Shown here: piece after piece, positions 50,001 through 61,618 of the stretch | Position numbering within the stretch: the first letter of the stretch is position 1 | How the letters are laid out: each line of letters starts with the position of its first letter | From: an uncultured virus (IMG/VR IMGVR_UViG_3300011785_000001) | Lineage: Duplodnaviria > Heunggongvirae > Uroviricota > Caudoviricetes | Reading direction: 5' to 3' (one strand) | Length of the DNA stretch: 64,000 bases | Virus record (IMG/VR): IMGVR_UViG_3300011785_000001 | Location: 1 to 64,000 of that record | Translations under genes and position numbers: made by a program | Notes under the pieces: model-generated | Database searches by the model: none | The model's input: the letters and a program-made list of their open reading frames with translations, nothing else | Told to the model about the DNA's origin: nothing

Positions 50001-52111
50001 TTACATACAACTTTCTACGTCTTGAATAGCTAAGGATAACTCTTCATGACCTTTTGGTATTGGGTAGATACTTCCTTTATAAGCATCACAAATAATACGA
50101 TTTGCTTCTTCTAATCCACCATAAGACTCAACTAATTTGTGACTTTTAACAAGACGTTTTAAGTCTTTGGTATCAATCTGTATATTTTTATAAAACACTG
50201 TACCACACAGTGTACTTTTACAATACATTAATGCAATTTTTGCTTCACGTATTCCAAACTGCTTAACAAACTTATTCGCTTTCATTGTACATCTCCACAA
50301 CTTCTGCTAACGCTTCATAACTACCAAGATTATGATCACCATTAATCATTAGACGACCTAGAGGTGTGTAATAAACTCCAGACATGTTACGGAAGTGAGA
50401 TTTAGAAATCTTAGATAAATCTTCTAGCAGCATATCTAAACCATCACAGTTTACATTCTCATCAATGTAGAAAGTAACAGTTTCATAATCTGGTACATTA
50501 TTAAATTTGTATTCAAACAACTCTGTACCCTCTACAGCGTTAACGTCTACAACGTTAATTTCAAATGTAATTTCATTGATGTTCATTATGTTTCTCCAAA
50601 CGTGTTATGTATGAGTTAAAGATAACAGAATTGTTTTAAATGGTCAACAGTTTTATTTATCTAATTTATCCATTCTAAACTTTAAGTTATCATACTTGCG
50701 CTGCAATGAATCTAGTTTACTTTTCAAAGTCTTATTCTCTAACTCTAAAGATTGAATCTTATCTTGCTCACTAGACCATTCAGAGACACCCTTAGAAACA
50801 CTACCGATAAGCTCGTTGTAAGCTTGTTCTAGCTCGATAAAGCTCTCAGCACTACTATCCCTAATACCAAACTTTAAGTACCCTAAAACAGCGTTAAATG
50901 GGGTTGTATAATACCCTACATTTTGAATGTGTTCTTCCATCTCTCCAAGTTTGTTCTTACGCTTAGTAATTTTACCAAGAATAATATTATTAGGGTTCTT
51001 CGTTAGCACCCAATTGTCTTTCAATTTAATGTTCATTCATCATACTCCTCTAGTGTATAACATTTAGGTAACTCTTCTTCAGAACCTCTAAATCCAAAAT
51101 CCCAATCAATATCATCCAGTGATGGTTCAATATAATAATCTGCATTGTTGATTTTCTCTAAAGCTTCCTCATAAGATTCAGCAACTACACTAAAAAGCTC
51201 CTCACCACGAACAGGAACGGTGAAGTTGTAAATCATTTTCTTACTCATCTTAATTCTCCAGTAAACATTTCAAGTCTTTAATAATTGTTTCACACCAATA
51301 TTTGTCATATTTCTCATAACAAGTGGATAAAGACTCCTCATAATCTCTAATAAGACACTTAATCTTATCTTGTAAGATTAGTAGTTCAATATCAACAGTC
51401 TTATTATCTTGTTTCTGTTTAGCCATGTACTGTTACTCCAATACTATTTAAAACCTCAATAAAACCTTTCAAATCTCCGTTAGACACCACACGGTCTATT
51501 TTCCCACCAGAAAGGTAAACCACAACCTTATCACCTTCTTCTGATATTGTTACAATCTTATCTGTGTTAATCACAAAATCACCAATCTTAACTAACATCT
51601 TATTCTCCAACATTAAACGTAATATAATCTTCACTAAAGTATGTCCCTAGTGATTCTAAGTAAAACATACTTCCAATAATATCGCAATCAATTTTGTATG
51701 AACACCAACATTTATGATTACGATAAAAACCTTTAGTTACTCGACACCAAGCACCAACTTCAAATACTCGTTGTTTCTTTGGTTTATCATCAGACATAGT
51801 TCTTCCTAAATTTCCAGCAAGGGTTTAACAAAAACTAGAACCTCTCGATACAACCCTTCATATTCAACATTGTAATTCTTTGAATTAAACACATCCTCAA
51901 TATCAAACACCGTGAAGTTACAAACATCGTTACTAGAAATACAAGCTGTAAAACCATCGCCAATGACAGAAATAGTGGTAATTAGGGTAGCTTTAGATGA
52001 GATAAAAGGGTAATGATTGATCATCCGAGTGATACCCACACTGCTCTTTGTCTTATCTATATTCTCTAGGATGTTGAATAACACTTCTTTTTGGTTCATT
52101 TCAATTCTCAA
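50001..52111 (-). CDS. Run of small hypothetical ORFs (50001-50285, 50272-50586, 50653-51036, 51033-51248, 51419-~51600, 51600-51797, 51806-52111)
   Basis: Packed ORFs with RBS. Confidence 0.65.
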
Positions 52112-52379
52112 CTTTTCTTAATTCAACTTCTATTTTACAATTTGAGGTTTTAGATTTAAGAGCATCTTCAACGTTATCAAACTCTCCAATAGTTCTCTCC
52201 TTATACATGCCATAAGAGTATTCTGAAACAACGTAAACGATTTTAAAATCGCCATTTTGGTAATACTGAGCCATTTAGTTTTCTCCTGTTAGGTTAGCAT
52301 GTATTTAATTATACACATAACAAAAAAGAGTGCAATACCTTTGATGAAGAATCACCTTAGTATTACACTCTTAGTTTAT

Positions 52380-53405
52380 TTATTCAAACATCTTTATACG
52401 GTCTTCAAAATCAAATGACCAACAGGTATTGTTTTTCAATGTGTGACGATGTTGAATCCAGCCTCGAAAGTTAGCACTGCACAACTCACCGTAACGATTG
52501 ACATGAGTAATACCATCCTCCCAAGAATCGGGATGTAGTGGTAAATTTACTTCATACCCTGTATCCAAATCATCTTTATCAAAATATTCAAATTTCTCAA
52601 CAATAGGTGTAGCCTGATGTTCAGCAGGACTACTGTGCAACACATCAGCCTCCAACAAACGACCAAAGATTTCTTCAGCCTTCTCAAATGTCATTTCCTC
52701 TGTACGGTAAGAAACACTAGCACAACGAGAAGCTGAATACTTCAATGCTTGCTCTAGAGTTAAATCCTGTTCAGTAGCATCATCAGTAGCTAACCATGCG
52801 GTGTAACCATCATACAATCGCTTTACATAGGGTAAATGCCATTCTCCACTTTTCAAAAGTTTAGGTTTACTCTCTTCAATAGCTTTGTAAATCTTATAAG
52901 CCAACATCAAGATTTCGGGTTGAGCATCTGGATGAATCCGTAGGTTAAAGAAGTTATCCCAATCAGTAGCAGTTAAAACTTGCTTAACCATTTGAAATGG
53001 CTCTAGTAAACGACCACTGATTTGTTTATGTAATTGACACTCATCATCCAAGCGTTCAACAATGTGAATCATTTCATCTTTTGCTTCACCCCATAGGTAC
53101 AGAGCGTGTAATTTACTATCACCACTGATTTCAACTTCAGCAGACATGCCACTTTGCTTCTTACCCAAGTATAATGGTTCAAAACCATTATCTCGAATCT
53201 GCTGGACAGCCTTTTTCAATGTGATTGCTCGTGTGCTAGAACAATTCTTACTAATAGCATTATGAGTGTTGATCTCAGCAAGAATAATTCGAGGTGCTTC
53301 AACCTCTAGGGTTGTAATACGAATACCCTGCTCACTAATACTGTCAGCAATAACTTTAGCTGAAATATTTGTCTTACGATTAAAAAAATCTTTAGTTAAA
53401 CTCAC
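52380..53405 (-). CDS. thyX: Flavin-dependent thymidylate synthase-like protein
   Basis: ISAKVIADS, PRIILAEINTH..S.N.SSTRAI, HKQ..RLLEPF, FFNLR.HPDAQPEI, HSSPAEH. Confidence 0.8.
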   Translation of the reverse strand: MSLTKDFFNRKTNISAKVIADSISEQGIRITTLEVEAPRIILAEINTHNAISKNCSSTRAITLKKAVQQIRDNGFEPLYLGKKQSGMSAEVEISGDSKLHALYLWGEAKDEMIHIVERLDDECQLHKQISGRLLEPFQMVKQVLTATDWDNFFNLRIHPDAQPEILMLAYKIYKAIEESKPKLLKSGEWHLPYVKRLYDGYTAWLATDDATEQDLTLEQALKYSASRCASVSYRTEEMTFEKAEEIFGRLLEADVLHSSPAEHQATPIVEKFEYFDKDDLDTGYEVNLPLHPDSWEDGITHVNRYGELCSANFRGWIQHRHTLKNNTCWSFDFEDRIKMFE

Positions 53406-54599
53406 TTATTTACTCTCCTTAAATTCTACACTAAATGTAATCCAATTTTTGCTAACCCAACTATCAACATCAACTAACTCTAAGAAGTATTCTTCTACAC
53501 TAGAGTAATCTACAGACACATCAGACCAAGTATCTTCAATCTTCTGTAAACATTCATCAATGTGTTTGTTGATACTATACTCATCTGTTTCAATATTAGC
53601 AACTAACTTACCAAATATTTTATTCGTATTCATTCTACAAACTCATCTTCAATAACATAAGGAGTTCCCATACCTAGCGTAAAAACTTCCTCTGTTTCTC
53701 CCAAATAAACCAACTTGTTGTTCACTGAGGAATATTGCTTAGTAACTTTATACCAAACACCATCCTTTAGAATTAAATAAGTTCCTAAGTATTTCTTAGC
53801 TATTTTATATAGGTAGGATTTATTAGCACCTCTTGGAATGCTTATATACATTTATAACTCCCAATAATACTTCTGTTCAGCATCAACATTAGTCTTTTGC
53901 TTTAAGAATCTCTCAACACTACGAGTTAAACGTTTAACTTCTCGCATATCTTTCTGACGTTTACGATGTTGACGTTTATATTTCTCTAAATCTTCGTAGT
54001 ACATATCTGAATTATCGTTTAGCATTTATTTCTTCCCCATAAAGATACAGCACCATCTTCAGTGTTGTGGATTGATAATAAAACCCAACTACTTCCATCT
54101 GGCACAATAGGATTCCAACTTGTTAATACGTCACAATCACCATCGAAGTATTGATCTATAACTTCCTCTGATGCCATAGGATCATTTTCAAACCAAATAA
54201 GTTTAAGCTCGACACCAAAAGAATCTAGAAACTTCTTAATCTTGCGGATTTCACACTCGTCCTGAATCATGTCTAGTAATAGTTTCCAAGAACTATGCTC
54301 CCAAAATGGATTACTACGACCAACGTATGAATTATCTTTCTTAAACTCTAGTTTCATTTAATAACTCCTTTAACAACACCAAGTAAATATTTAACATTAA
54401 CCTTATTACCACTACCCAAACCACTTAGATAAACAGTTGCAATATTTCCATCTAAGTGTTCAATTACACCTGTTAACACCTCACCATCATATTGCAATCC
54501 AACCTTTTGTCCAACAAAACAATCTTTAAGTTTCAATTTATCACCTATCAATTTCTCTTGAATAATTAAAGTATACAGATAACAATAAAGGACTGTCAA
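53406..54599 (-). CDS. Small hypothetical ORFs (53406-53633, 53630-53851, 54019-54357, 54354-~54540)
   Basis: Packed ORFs. Confidence 0.55.
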
Positions 54600-54624
54600 G
54601 ATTTTATCTTAACAGTCCTTGTTT

Positions 54625-54843
54625 TTATTTTAAATATTCTTTTAGTTGCTCTAGGCCACCAAGATGTTTACCATCTACATAGATTAAAGGAAATTCCTTC
54701 TGACCATTAGAAAGCTCTACAGCCTTATCGTAGTCATAGTCAACACTAAGTTTTAACACTTCATGTTCAACACCTTTCATCTTTAAAAGCATAATTGCTT
54801 GGCTACATTTAACACAAGCATCTTTAGAATATACAGTAATCAT
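54625..54843 (-). CDS. Glutaredoxin
   Basis: VYSKDACVKC, FPLIYVDGKHLGG; adjacent to nrdB. Confidence 0.9.
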   Translation of the reverse strand: MITVYSKDACVKCSQAIMLLKMKGVEHEVLKLSVDYDYDKAVELSNGQKEFPLIYVDGKHLGGLEQLKEYLK

Positions 54844-54852
54844 TTCTTCTCC

Positions 54853-55935
54853 TTAAAAATTAAAATCTAAATCCAAATCATCGTCCAAATCATCTACAAC
54901 ACTACCTTGACGATAGCTAGTGTGTTGAATCTCTTGTGATGCGAATTGCAACAAAGAGCGATCAATGTATTTATCCATAAACTTACATGGGTGATCCTTA
55001 ACAACCTCGAAATTGTTTTTAATACCAACAAGGTTACAAACAAAGTTGTGGAAGTATAAATTTAACTGGTCTAAATTATCTTTTGTCAGGTTTGGTAAAC
55101 TACGCCCTTCTGAGAACAAGTAATCATTCCAAGCAAACTCCCCTTTCGTAATTGAGTGGGTAATCTCAGAACACTCATCTAAAACTTCATCATAAATATC
55201 GCTCCAACCATCCACATAACGAGTAGCCTTGATCAACTCATAACTCATGCGTCCATGATATAACTCATCTCGCGCAATCGTTGAGACTGTTTCAGCAATA
55301 CCTTGAAAGTAACCTAATTCAGCGATAGCAAACGTGACACCAAAAGAGGACATAAAGCTAATACATTCCATAGCCATGATTGTTACAAGAGCTTTTGCCA
55401 TGATCTTTTTCTTTTCACGTAGCGGTAGATCATGCGACATATTATACAAAGAGTTAAATACATCAATAATCTTTTTACTACGAGCTAAAACTCGAATGTT
55501 CTTATAAGTATCAATTAACGCTTGATCAGGGTTCATTCGAGTTTGTTTTACAATATGGACATAAGCTTCTCCATGAATAAACTCAATACAACTCCACTCT
55601 CCAATCATCCCTTCAGCTTCAGTGTTAGTAACATGAGGTAGTAACATTGCACCAATAGATCGACCAGCAACGCTATCTGTTGTATGTTGCCAAGAGATAG
55701 CTAAATTCATAATGTCAACAATCTCTTTCGGAGCTTTAATCATATCTTGCTTATCTTGAGATAAACTAATCTCTGTAGGATACCAACGACCTCCTCGTTG
55801 TTTCTCCTTTAACATCTCAATATCTTTGTTAACTACGTTAACTGTATCAACCAAACCCAAACTATCACCAAAAAACATAGGGTATGTTTTAGTAATGTGA
55901 CCTGTGTTTGATTCATTAAAAACTGTACGTGTCAT
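54853..55935 (-). CDS. nrdB: Ribonucleotide reductase class Ia beta subunit
   Basis: EFIHGEAY, MECISFMSSF, IARDELYH. Confidence 0.93.
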   Translation of the reverse strand: MTRTVFNESNTGHITKTYPMFFGDSLGLVDTVNVVNKDIEMLKEKQRGGRWYPTEISLSQDKQDMIKAPKEIVDIMNLAISWQHTTDSVAGRSIGAMLLPHVTNTEAEGMIGEWSCIEFIHGEAYVHIVKQTRMNPDQALIDTYKNIRVLARSKKIIDVFNSLYNMSHDLPLREKKKIMAKALVTIMAMECISFMSSFGVTFAIAELGYFQGIAETVSTIARDELYHGRMSYELIKATRYVDGWSDIYDEVLDECSEITHSITKGEFAWNDYLFSEGRSLPNLTKDNLDQLNLYFHNFVCNLVGIKNNFEVVKDHPCKFMDKYIDRSLLQFASQEIQHTSYRQGSVVDDLDDDLDLDFNF

Positions 55936-55945
55936 TTTATTTCCT

Positions 55946-55972
55946 ATAAAAGCACCCCGAAACGAGGTGCAA
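55946..55972 (-). terminator. Hairpin plus T-tract between nrdA and nrdB
   Basis: Minus strand GCACCTCG-TTT-CGGGGTGC-TTTT. Confidence 0.6.
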
Positions 55973-55982
55973 ATTTAAATCA

Positions 55983-58175
55983 TTAGAGTGTACAAGACCC
56001 GCAATTTTCTTCGACAGGTTCACTCATTTGCATCATGTCAAAGATACTAACCTCGTCATCATCATAAGTATTCACATAGTACATACTCTTATTACCAAGC
56101 TTGAAGTGGGCAACCCATTCTTTCAATAAGACAGATAGAGGCTTCTTACCGTTTTCAAACTTACGAGGATCAAAGTATGTATCAGCACTAATACCTTGAT
56201 CTGACCAATCTTGTACAGCACTATAATAACGACTTAGTGTTACGTTGTCTACATCCCAAGCTAAGAGATTAACACCTTCTTTAAACCCTTTACAAATGAA
56301 CTGCACAACACCTTTACGTGACTTCTTGTTAATAATAACCTTTCTAGGTGGATACAACCCATTAGTTACCCCAGAAGCTAATGCACTACTCTCTGTTGGC
56401 ATGTGAGCAACGAGTACAGAGTTAACACGAGGTTTACCACGAATACTCTCCCAGTCCATCTTAGGTTCAAAGTTACCAACCTTAGTGTCAACAGGAAGCC
56501 AGTTTAGATCAACACCCTTAACCTCAACACCTGTTTCTTCTGACAACTTCTGACTAGCCTTGTAAAGATAGAAGCAATGTTTCTCAGACAGATCAGAAAC
56601 AAATTCTAAACTTTCTTGAGAACCATCGTAATCATACCCTTGCTTGTAAAGGTACTCAGCCAATCCAGTAATACCAACTCCTAAAGACATGCGTTCAAGC
56701 ATTGTACGCTCGTGGTTCTTAGTCATCTTAGGGCACTTAACAATCAGATTATTAATTGTCTTAACCAGAGTATAAGCAACACGTTCATATTCAATATTGT
56801 CTTTAATATTCACAGGAACTATAGCCCCTAGAGAACAGAACGCTGTCTCACCTACACCATTGTCTAAGTATAAACCCTCCATGTTCTCGTAAGGTGTTGT
56901 TTCTAAACAAATTTCCTGGCACAAATTGGAAAGTCTAATAACACCGTTAAAAGGTGTATGTGTATTAGCTCGACTTACGTTGAAGCAATACATGCGTCCT
57001 GTCTCTTGTCGAATCATCAAGATATGTTTAATTAAATCTAACGCTTGCACTTTTTCATGCTTAACACCAGAAGCGATATGATTAGCAACAATTGAATTAT
57101 ATTCATCAACAGAAGCAGTGTAAAAAGCATCATGTACTTCTTTAGCATCTTGATAGTCGAATAAGTACCAGTCTTTACGATTGATAACTGCATCTAAGAA
57201 AGCATCATTAAAAATAAAACTATAATCTAAGCGGTCTAAACGCTGCTCAATGTCGATTCTTTGCGACTTCCATAGTGCAATATTGTAGACCTCCGGATCA
57301 ATGCACGTAGAGCCTACTGTAGCACTGCCACCACGAGTTTCTTGCGTGAACTGCTTAACCCCTGAGTCAACATGCTTATAGATTGGATGTTTCCCAAGAT
57401 GCTCAATTCGACCACCTTTAACACCAGAACCCTTAGAACGAGTAGTAAACTCAATGCCAATACCAGCTTTCTTAGCAGTCATTCGTACAGCTAAATGCTG
57501 AGCAACCTCGATACTTTCAACACTATCTCCAGCACTGATAACACAACAAGAAACACCATTAAAGTCACCGTTACGAATACCATTTAAAACAGGCGTTGGT
57601 AGGTTTGTTCGTGAGTAGACAATATCCCTAGCTAAGTCATAAGCATCTTGATTATCACCATGTAAACCTAAACCGATACCGATAGCTGCAACAGATGGAA
57701 TTTCCACAGTCACGCCATTCATCTTCAACAAGTATTTATCTACCCACTGACTAACTTGCCAAGATTCTAACTCTACATTACGAAGCTCTTCAAACAATTC
57801 TTCTTGTTCTAGTGAGTATTCAGGGATAGTCTCACTGCACCAAACACCGGACCCAATCAACTTATCTCGAATTTCTTTAAAAGAACATTTGTTTACTTTT
57901 ATACCAAAAACTCTCTCAATGTTCTTTCGTAATTGTGCTGTTTCTAAACGAGAAGCAACTCGACTATACACCAAATCTTGTTTAGTGTAGCAAACATCAA
58001 TCATTGCTTGATGAATGTCTTTACTATGACATAACTCTGGCAGTTTTGTAAAAGTTTCAATTGCTAACGTAGACCAATCACCACCAACTTTAGCAGCGTA
58101 TTTAGCCCATTTCGACAACTTATCTAAATCAAAACTCTCAATACTTCCATCAGCTTTAATTACATCTTTAATCAA
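55983..58175 (-). CDS. nrdA: Ribonucleotide reductase class Ia alpha subunit
   Basis: ATP-cone N-term, LPTPVL, SCC, SNLCQEI, MPTESS, KSMYY, C-terminal CGSC. Confidence 0.95.
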   Translation of the reverse strand: MIKDVIKADGSIESFDLDKLSKWAKYAAKVGGDWSTLAIETFTKLPELCHSKDIHQAMIDVCYTKQDLVYSRVASRLETAQLRKNIERVFGIKVNKCSFKEIRDKLIGSGVWCSETIPEYSLEQEELFEELRNVELESWQVSQWVDKYLLKMNGVTVEIPSVAAIGIGLGLHGDNQDAYDLARDIVYSRTNLPTPVLNGIRNGDFNGVSCCVISAGDSVESIEVAQHLAVRMTAKKAGIGIEFTTRSKGSGVKGGRIEHLGKHPIYKHVDSGVKQFTQETRGGSATVGSTCIDPEVYNIALWKSQRIDIEQRLDRLDYSFIFNDAFLDAVINRKDWYLFDYQDAKEVHDAFYTASVDEYNSIVANHIASGVKHEKVQALDLIKHILMIRQETGRMYCFNVSRANTHTPFNGVIRLSNLCQEICLETTPYENMEGLYLDNGVGETAFCSLGAIVPVNIKDNIEYERVAYTLVKTINNLIVKCPKMTKNHERTMLERMSLGVGITGLAEYLYKQGYDYDGSQESLEFVSDLSEKHCFYLYKASQKLSEETGVEVKGVDLNWLPVDTKVGNFEPKMDWESIRGKPRVNSVLVAHMPTESSALASGVTNGLYPPRKVIINKKSRKGVVQFICKGFKEGVNLLAWDVDNVTLSRYYSAVQDWSDQGISADTYFDPRKFENGKKPLSVLLKEWVAHFKLGNKSMYYVNTYDDDEVSIFDMMQMSEPVEENCGSCTL

Positions 58176-58176
58176 C

Positions 58177-58930
58177 TCACTTCTTCCCTTTTAAAACTTT
58201 AACAATATTACTAATCAAATCAATAGCTCCAAATACAACAGTCTTCATAACCCAGAAGAATAGCTGCCACAAGTGAACTACAGGAGCAATGATAGCTGCA
58301 ATCAAATTAAAAATCAAATGATATTTTAAATAATCTTTAATAACTTCTGAATCTGCAATTTCTTTTAGCTGCTCTGGATGATTCTTCACAGTATCATTTA
58401 AAATATAAAACCAGAACCCACTATACAACAACCACAACATACCAATAATATAAATCATATTTATCCTTTTAAAATAAGAAAAGGGTGCTGTTAACACCCT
58501 GTATAATAAATGACGAACAACGCGAGGAATGTTATTATACCCCTTTATACAACCCCCACGTCTCTGTAGACATCATTCCCGTGTCGTACCAGCCCTTATC
58601 AATACGTTCTGCACCAATGTACCTATCCATCCGTACAACCTCACCAGTGAGCTTAGAACGATGCGTACAGTGATGTGCTGAGTACCAATGGAAGATTTTA
58701 TTACCCTCATCATCATAGTTTTCAAACATTACTACATCTTTATCAAAACCGAAGTATGTATGTAGAATATACTCTAACAACTCAATACTATCTTTACGGA
58801 AAGGTAGATCACCTTTAGGTAAGAGCTTACCTTCTTTTTCTAACTCATTAGCAATCATCATCACATCATGTAAACTTGCCACAGCATCGAAGTATTTACG
58901 AAACCCTTTGTATTTACCATTATTGCTCAT
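58177..58930 (-). CDS. Membrane ORF (ending 58177) and hypothetical ORF 58535-58930
   Basis: Hydrophobic stretches; MSNNGKY start overlaps the upstream stop. Confidence 0.55.
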
Positions 58931-59627
58931 TATCTTCCAAAACCTCCTTGTCATCGTATACCGTATCACTGTGTGATACATCACGGATATTTTGTTCTTC
59001 AACCAAACCTGACAAGTCCATTACCTTGAAGCCTTTACGCTTACGAACCTTTCCATTCTCATTAACTAAACAGTAGTAAGTTACACCATCAACTGTCTGC
59101 TCACTTGGAGTTAGGTTTTCTTTAGCTGGAGATTTCCACTTATCAAAATCTTCTTTGTCAGTTGTAAACTTCAACATATTATTCTCTACAACTAAATCTG
59201 TAGCTTTAATAATAATATCTAAGTCGAAGTGTGTGTACATGCTATCAAAGAACAATCCAATCTGTGACATCAAGAATTGTAAACGATCATGGTTAATATC
59301 CAATTCTGTTAAGAATTGCTCATCACACACTTTAAGTTGATATTGTAAATAAGACACCGTAAACAAAACATCTGCAATAGCATCTAATTCTTCAATCTGA
59401 TCTTTAGCAAAGAATACAGCATACTCTTTAATAAGCTCTTCAGATACAATATCAATCTGTAAATCAATACGTGCAGCTTTATCTTCTTCACTTAAGGTTT
59501 TAAAGTCACCACCAACTAAGGTGTTAAACAATACAACTTTTGGTGTTAAAACTTCGTAGTAATAATCTCTGAACGTGTCATTGATAACGATTTCTTCATC
59601 TTTCTCTGTATTCAAAATATTCTCCAT
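58920..59627 (-). CDS. MazG-like/all-alpha NTP pyrophosphohydrolase
   Basis: IVSEELIKE, EELDAIADVLF, NMLKF, NGKVRK. Confidence 0.7.
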   Translation of the reverse strand: MENILNTEKDEEIVINDTFRDYYYEVLTPKVVLFNTLVGGDFKTLSEEDKAARIDLQIDIVSEELIKEYAVFFAKDQIEELDAIADVLFTVSYLQYQLKVCDEQFLTELDINHDRLQFLMSQIGLFFDSMYTHFDLDIIIKATDLVVENNMLKFTTDKEDFDKWKSPAKENLTPSEQTVDGVTYYCLVNENGKVRKRKGFKVMDLSGLVEEQNIRDVSHSDTVYDDKEVLEDNEQ

Positions 59628-60535
59628 TAAATTAAACTGAAACCTTGTTTTGTCTGCTTACACAAAGCACCGCACTCACAACGGAAAACACTATAACCTT
59701 TAGCACTTGTATATACAAAGTTATTAGTGTCTGTAAGCTTATCAGAAGCACAAGAAGGGCACTTACTACGATCACCTAGTAATGTACCAAAGTTCACACT
59801 ACTGTTATCCCAGACTCTTAAACGCTTGTACAGAGCACGTAATGTAGGAATGTCACCAATATTGTAGTGTTTCATAGTTGTCAGTGCTTCAACATCACCC
59901 TCCATACACTTCATCCACAAACCCATACCTTCATGTTTAACTTTCTGGTAAGGTAGGTTTAAATACTGACACAAGAAGTCTAAATTCTTAAATGGCAGGT
60001 TAAACTTCTTACGAGCAATCGCCAAAGTGTCAATCATCTTGTATGGTGATGGGGGTTTCATCCCATATTTTAAGAACGAAGCATTAGCTTTAGCAATGTC
60101 AAATTTCTTAACGTTGTGCCCGATAACTACGTCTGCCTTATCAAACAAACTCCACATCTCTAACACTAAACGCTCATCATCAGCTTCTTTAGCTTCTGAG
60201 TGTGTTAATACACTAGCATTTACTTCACCATCGTTCCAAGCCCAAGCATGAGATAGCATGTGACCATCACGAATCTTAGCAACATAGGGAATGTTCTGTT
60301 GCCATTGCCCCCAATGAGCTGACACTGTAGGACTGGTCTCAATGTCCCAATACAAAATATTCAGTTGATTTTCTTCACCTTCAACAACTTCGTTCAAAGC
60401 ATCATATCGCTGTAGAAAACTGTTGATTGAACTCTTCTTTGTTTCCTCCCAACCAAACTCTCTACAAATAGCACGAGAGCTAAGACCTTGAGATCGTAGC
60501 TCCAATGTTTGCTTCTGCCACTCTTTCAATTCCAA
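59627..60535 (-). CDS. RNase H-like 3'-5' exonuclease with N-terminal HTH and C-terminal Zn ribbon
   Basis: WDIETSP, GHNVKKFD, IDTL, YNIGD, CPSC..CEC. Confidence 0.82.
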   Translation of the reverse strand: MELKEWQKQTLELRSQGLSSRAICREFGWEETKKSSINSFLQRYDALNEVVEGEENQLNILYWDIETSPTVSAHWGQWQQNIPYVAKIRDGHMLSHAWAWNDGEVNASVLTHSEAKEADDERLVLEMWSLFDKADVVIGHNVKKFDIAKANASFLKYGMKPPSPYKMIDTLAIARKKFNLPFKNLDFLCQYLNLPYQKVKHEGMGLWMKCMEGDVEALTTMKHYNIGDIPTLRALYKRLRVWDNSSVNFGTLLGDRSKCPSCASDKLTDTNNFVYTSAKGYSVFRCECGALCKQTKQGFSLI

Positions 60536-60538
60536 AGT

Positions 60539-60766
60539 TTATTCTCCACGTAATTTTGCATCAACAGCAAGTAACTCTTTATGATACTCACCTAACACAT
60601 GCAGTTGAATTCTATAAAGACCACCTAAAGGGCGGTTCATTAACTTCATAATAGATACAGACTTCTCATAAATATGGTAAGCACTTTCTGAATTACCTAG
60701 AACAAGTTGCCCCTTTACGCACTCCATTAGATATTGCCAAAGAAAATCTTTATTCACCACACCCAT
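60539..60766 (-). CDS. Hypothetical protein
   Basis: GGAG RBS. Confidence 0.55.
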   Translation of the reverse strand: MGVVNKDFLWQYLMECVKGQLVLGNSESAYHIYEKSVSIMKLMNRPLGGLYRIQLHVLGEYHKELLAVDAKLRGE

Positions 60767-60863
60767 TCTTACTCTCCAACAATAACTTATACAATAGATC
60801 TTCCTGACCTTTTTTGGTCTTAGGTATAGATTCTACCTGAAGATTAATGCTAATGTCAACCAT
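60750..60863 (-). pseudogene. Orphan duplicate of the 3' end of gene 61608-62192, still an open 37-aa frame
   Basis: VESIPKTKKGQEDLLYKLLLESKNG versus VNEIPRTKIGRKNLLKELMFKEVNG. Confidence 0.75.
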
Positions 60864-61618
60864 TAATCATCCATTTCAATTGAAAAATTGCACAAGGCAT
60901 TATATACTTTTTCATCTATTTCTTCCTTGTACAATTCGGCAACAACTTTGATGTAAGACTCTTTAACCTCTTTATACTTTAAAAACGCCTCCTTGTAATC
61001 CTTATAGAAACCTACGTACCTTTTCTCACCAATTTTAGGGCGACAAACTTTAACCGTGTAACCACCGTCTTGCTCACTAACACCAAGAGGCAACTCACCT
61101 CTATTTGCCTTTGTTGATATTGTAAGAGTATTTATGTATTTTGGAACAAAGCAGCAGAAATCTGCCGTGTAAGTCCTGTTACCCTTCTTAAGTATATCCT
61201 TATCAAGCTCGTAACCCTTCCTCCTAAACCCCACCTGTTTGTCGCACCAATTAGCGAAATTAACAAACTTTAAGAAATCCGCACCACAAACAACATCTTC
61301 GTAACAAGGGAGGACTTTATTGTTTTCAACATTTGAACTTCTCGCTAAAACACCGCACCATAATCTGTAAGCCTTCTTTATATCAGACTTAGACATATTC
61401 AATGTGCTTATATCACCAATAAAAGCTTTAGTCATCTTAAACCTGTCTCGAAAACCCTTACCACTCTTCACATTATAATAGCTAGTGGTGTTTATATAAC
61501 CACTCTCAAATTCAACAGTAACTTTCTTAGCTCCCTGGTAATCAATAATCTTGTACTCTCCATAGATCGGGTGTATGAATTTCTCCCCAACTCTGTGCTT
61601 TTTAAGATTAGCCACCAT
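60863..61618 (-). CDS. HNH-type homing endonuclease (same family as 28583 and 31949)
   Basis: NFANWC, YELDKDIL..GNRTYTADFCCFVP, GELPLGV. Confidence 0.8.
   Translation of the reverse strand: MVANLKKHRVGEKFIHPIYGEYKIIDYQGAKKVTVEFESGYINTTSYYNVKSGKGFRDRFKMTKAFIGDISTLNMSKSDIKKAYRLWCGVLARSSNVENNKVLPCYEDVVCGADFLKFVNFANWCDKQVGFRRKGYELDKDILKKGNRTYTADFCCFVPKYINTLTISTKANRGELPLGVSEQDGGYTVKVCRPKIGEKRYVGFYKDYKEAFLKYKEVKESYIKVVAELYKEEIDEKVYNALCNFSIEMDD

Noticed and set aside
58876..60251. Plus-strand ORFs antisense to metabolic genes (similar cases at 10197, 12004, 53266, 61793)
   Set aside because: They lie opposite well-supported genes and lack an RBS or recognisable motifs
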